DNA of 64,000 nt from the NCBI GenBank assembly GCA_050273025.1, contig CP158635.1, positions 30,442,001-30,506,000 on the forward strand, read 5' to 3'. Position 1 is the stretch's first letter. The number at the start of each line of letters is the position of its first letter. This document shows, in pieces, positions 61,560 through 64,000 of the stretch. This DNA is from Cenococcum geophilum. Its lineage: Eukaryota. The notes under the pieces were generated by a model. The model did not search any database. It saw nothing but the letters and a program-made list of their open reading frames with translations, and was not told the DNA's origin. The translations under genes and the position numbers were made by a program.

Positions 61560-64000
61560 TGTTACGGAACGAGGGCAGTAGCTACAGAGCGTATATATTC
61601 AAGGAGTCTACAAAACGTTGCGCAATCGATCGTAAGGGTCGAGGGCGTAAGGAGGTGATATACCTACGCGTAGCTGACATAAGCTGTACGCGAGGTATAC
61701 GCGAGAGCACAGGGCTCTCCTATGGAGGCCCCTATAGTAGGGTTCCATAACACTACCTCCCCTCCTATAGAGGCGGAGCTCCGGTAACGCTGTGGTTACT
61801 ATATATATATAGAAGAGACACTTAAGGTATAGAAAAGAAAAGGGGGGTATCGCTAAAGGTTTAAAACAACGTTATGTAATAAGGCTTGGCATCTAGGAAT
61901 CCGACTAATTAGATAACTTTAACCGCCAGTTAAAGTTCCTGGATATCTTAACGATATTCCGGTTACGTAATCGCACTTTGCCGTAATCTAACGGCAATTT
62001 GCCCTTACGTGGCAATGTACAACGGTTTAACTCTATAAGGGCTCCTATAGAGGATTAGGTATAAAATCTCTACTTAGGCCCAGTTTCTGTAGGTTCGCGT
62101 GGTAAAAGTCGCTGATTAAATCCTTTACATTTTTAAAGTCTTCCTATAGTTGCCATTCTGGCTAATTTATATTAAATCCTATGTATATAGCTCTATAGTA
62201 GAGCCATTGTCCTCTGCCTTTACCAAAGTATTTAGAGTTAATAATTCGTTTAATGGTCTACTCCTTATGGTTTTTGTCTTTATTCTTATCTTAAATTAGT
62301 ACTAGTGGGGGTTTAGGCTATATCTGCCCTAGTAAGGGGTTAGGCTAATAGAGGTGTAGTAGCTATAGGTGAAATATAGGCCATATCCCGCGGGTGGCTA
62401 GGGTAGGCAGGAGTTCTAGCTTATATACGGCTCCTCTATTAATAACTTGTTTAATTAGATAGGGGCCAAGGTTCTTATAATTAAGTAACTTTATAGGCCT
62501 CTATATAGAGATATTGCGTATATCTAGCTATACTTAGTCGCCAACACGCATCTCCGGTGGTGGCGTTCTATAGTAGTTGGCAAAGTAAGCCTACTTTACT
62601 TAAGCCTAGGCCATTTCTCCCTTGCAGTAGTCGAGTAGATTTTTTATATAGTCTACATGCTAGTCGGTAAGTAGCATCTTAAGGCGTTTTCTATATAGCA
62701 GTTTCTTATTAATAGGTTCTGGTGGCTTTATGCCAAATTAGGGGTAATAACCCTTATTCGCAAAGAATAGGGTAAGTCCTATAGTGGTTAAGACGTAGTT
62801 ATTCGCTGCGAATTTACCTAGTGGGAGGTAATCTACCTAGTTATCTTAACTATAGGCGACTACCTATCGTAGGTACGCTTTTATACTGGTATTAGCGTTT
62901 TCCGGTTGCCTAGCAGTTTTATAGTAGAAGGATATAGATATCTTGACGGAGATGCTAAGGCGTTGGCAGATTCGTCTCTATATATTAGAGTTAAATTATA
63001 TGCCTTAGTCGGACGTAATTAAGTTAGGTAGCCTATGTAGTTAATAGACTTCGCAGAGGAAGGCGTTAGTAACGTCGCTAACGGCTACGCCTTCGGTTAG
63101 GACGTAGTGGCGCTCTTTTATAAGTCGGTATATTATTATAAGGATGTTCTTATAGGTATAGCCGTATCGTTTATAGGGTGGTAGGTTAATAACAAAATCT
63201 ATGGCGATATCTGCCTATCATTATATAGGTACTGGTAGAGGGTATAGTAGTCCTTAGTACTTTATATTAAAGGCCTTAGCGCGCTTATAACCGTAATAGG
63301 TGCCTATAAAGCGTTTAACTAAGTCTATTATTTTTAGCCAGAAGTAGTATTGGCTAAGAAGCTTATAGGTTCCTCTTTTACCTAGGTGGCCGCTTAATCA
63401 GAGGTCGTAGGCCATTTAGATTAGTTGCCGTTATAGATTTTCTAAGTTAGGGATAAATAGGCGACCTCTATAATAGAGCCTGTTTTCTTTTACTTCTAAG
63501 GCTGCTATATTAATCTAGCCTAAGCTTTAGAGGTTAGTAGGCAGCGTACGGGCGCTAGCGGTCTTTACGGCAATAAGTTAATACAGTAATAGGTTAACAG
63601 AGGTGTTATATGCTGTAGTGATAAGCTTATTAATTTTGGGAGGTGACTTTAGTTCTATAGTATAAAGCTAAGGTATAGTTAGCTCTATTATAGGTAGTAT
63701 ACCTAGGGCCAAATTTCGTGCTTTTAGGATCGTTTGTTATTGGAACTAATTATAAGAGTTATCTTTAGACTAAGGAAGGTCTTATAAGCGGCGTGTTAGG
63801 CTATTAGGTTTAGTACCTTATACTCCTGGTTTATATATAATTTTAAAGTTAAAACTAGAGAGGAACTCGTTCTAATGTACTTAGCGTTAGTTTAGCTACT
63901 TTATAGTTATAAAGTACTTAAGGTTGCGATGGTCCGTAAGAACTTTAGTTAGCTAGTCAGGCTTTACTAAGAAAAGTTCTGGTTAGAATTCTTTAAACGC
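61560..64000 (-). mobile_element. RIPed Gypsy chromovirus (element D), 3' portion; continues beyond the window
   Basis: 193-bp LTR TGTTACGGAAC...GTTCCATAACA at 61560-61752, followed by reverse-complement PPT CTACCTCCCCTCCT. Minus strand holds chromodomain (about 62100-62260), integrase (IAIDFV, about 63190) and RNase H (TDHRNL(K)YF, about 63910-63940) remnants. Confidence 0.9.

Noticed and set aside
54803..61750. Short ORFs at 54803, 59258 and 61559
   Set aside because: Chance frames within RIPed TE sequence or an LTR.
1..64000. Starship-type giant element carrying the NLR/HET cargo
   Set aside because: No DUF3435 tyrosine-recombinase captain or boundary motif was seen in the window, and the core includes ordinary conserved genes (pol kappa, RPEL, ZIP).

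Overview
This is eukaryotic DNA from a filamentous ascomycete (Pezizomycotina-like): it has GT-AG introns with CTAAC/CTGAC branch points and AT-rich repeat blocks with a RIP-type C>T/G>A signature. A gene-bearing core (about 6.8-49 kb) is flanked by nested, RIP-degenerated Ty3/Gypsy chromoviruses (1-5.7 kb and 50.3-64 kb). Apparently intact genes are a conserved coiled-coil protein, DNA polymerase kappa, a 3xRPEL protein, a secreted two-domain Cys-rich protein, an alpha/beta-hydrolase-NACHT-ankyrin NLR, a rhodopsin homologue, a ZIP zinc transporter, an ABCC transporter and an SDR. Decayed genes are a DUF2264 protein, an MFS quinate/sugar permease and a frameshifted HET gene. Other mobile DNA includes a RIPed Tc1/IS630-type transposon, a pristine 995-bp non-coding LTR element (TRIM) nested inside it, and several MITE-like palindromes. 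Highlights: (1) a full-length Gypsy carries an intron-containing antisense accessory gene (Zn2Cys6-like motif plus coiled coil, readable only after reversing RIP); (2) a ~52-nt hairpin motif is shared by the 3' UTRs of three Gypsy elements with dissimilar LTRs; (3) the TRIM carries an internal ~67-bp repeat array; (4) the rhodopsin has lost both its Schiff-base Lys and its counterion Asp but keeps an intact ORF. All calls come from reading the sequence by eye; no searches were run.
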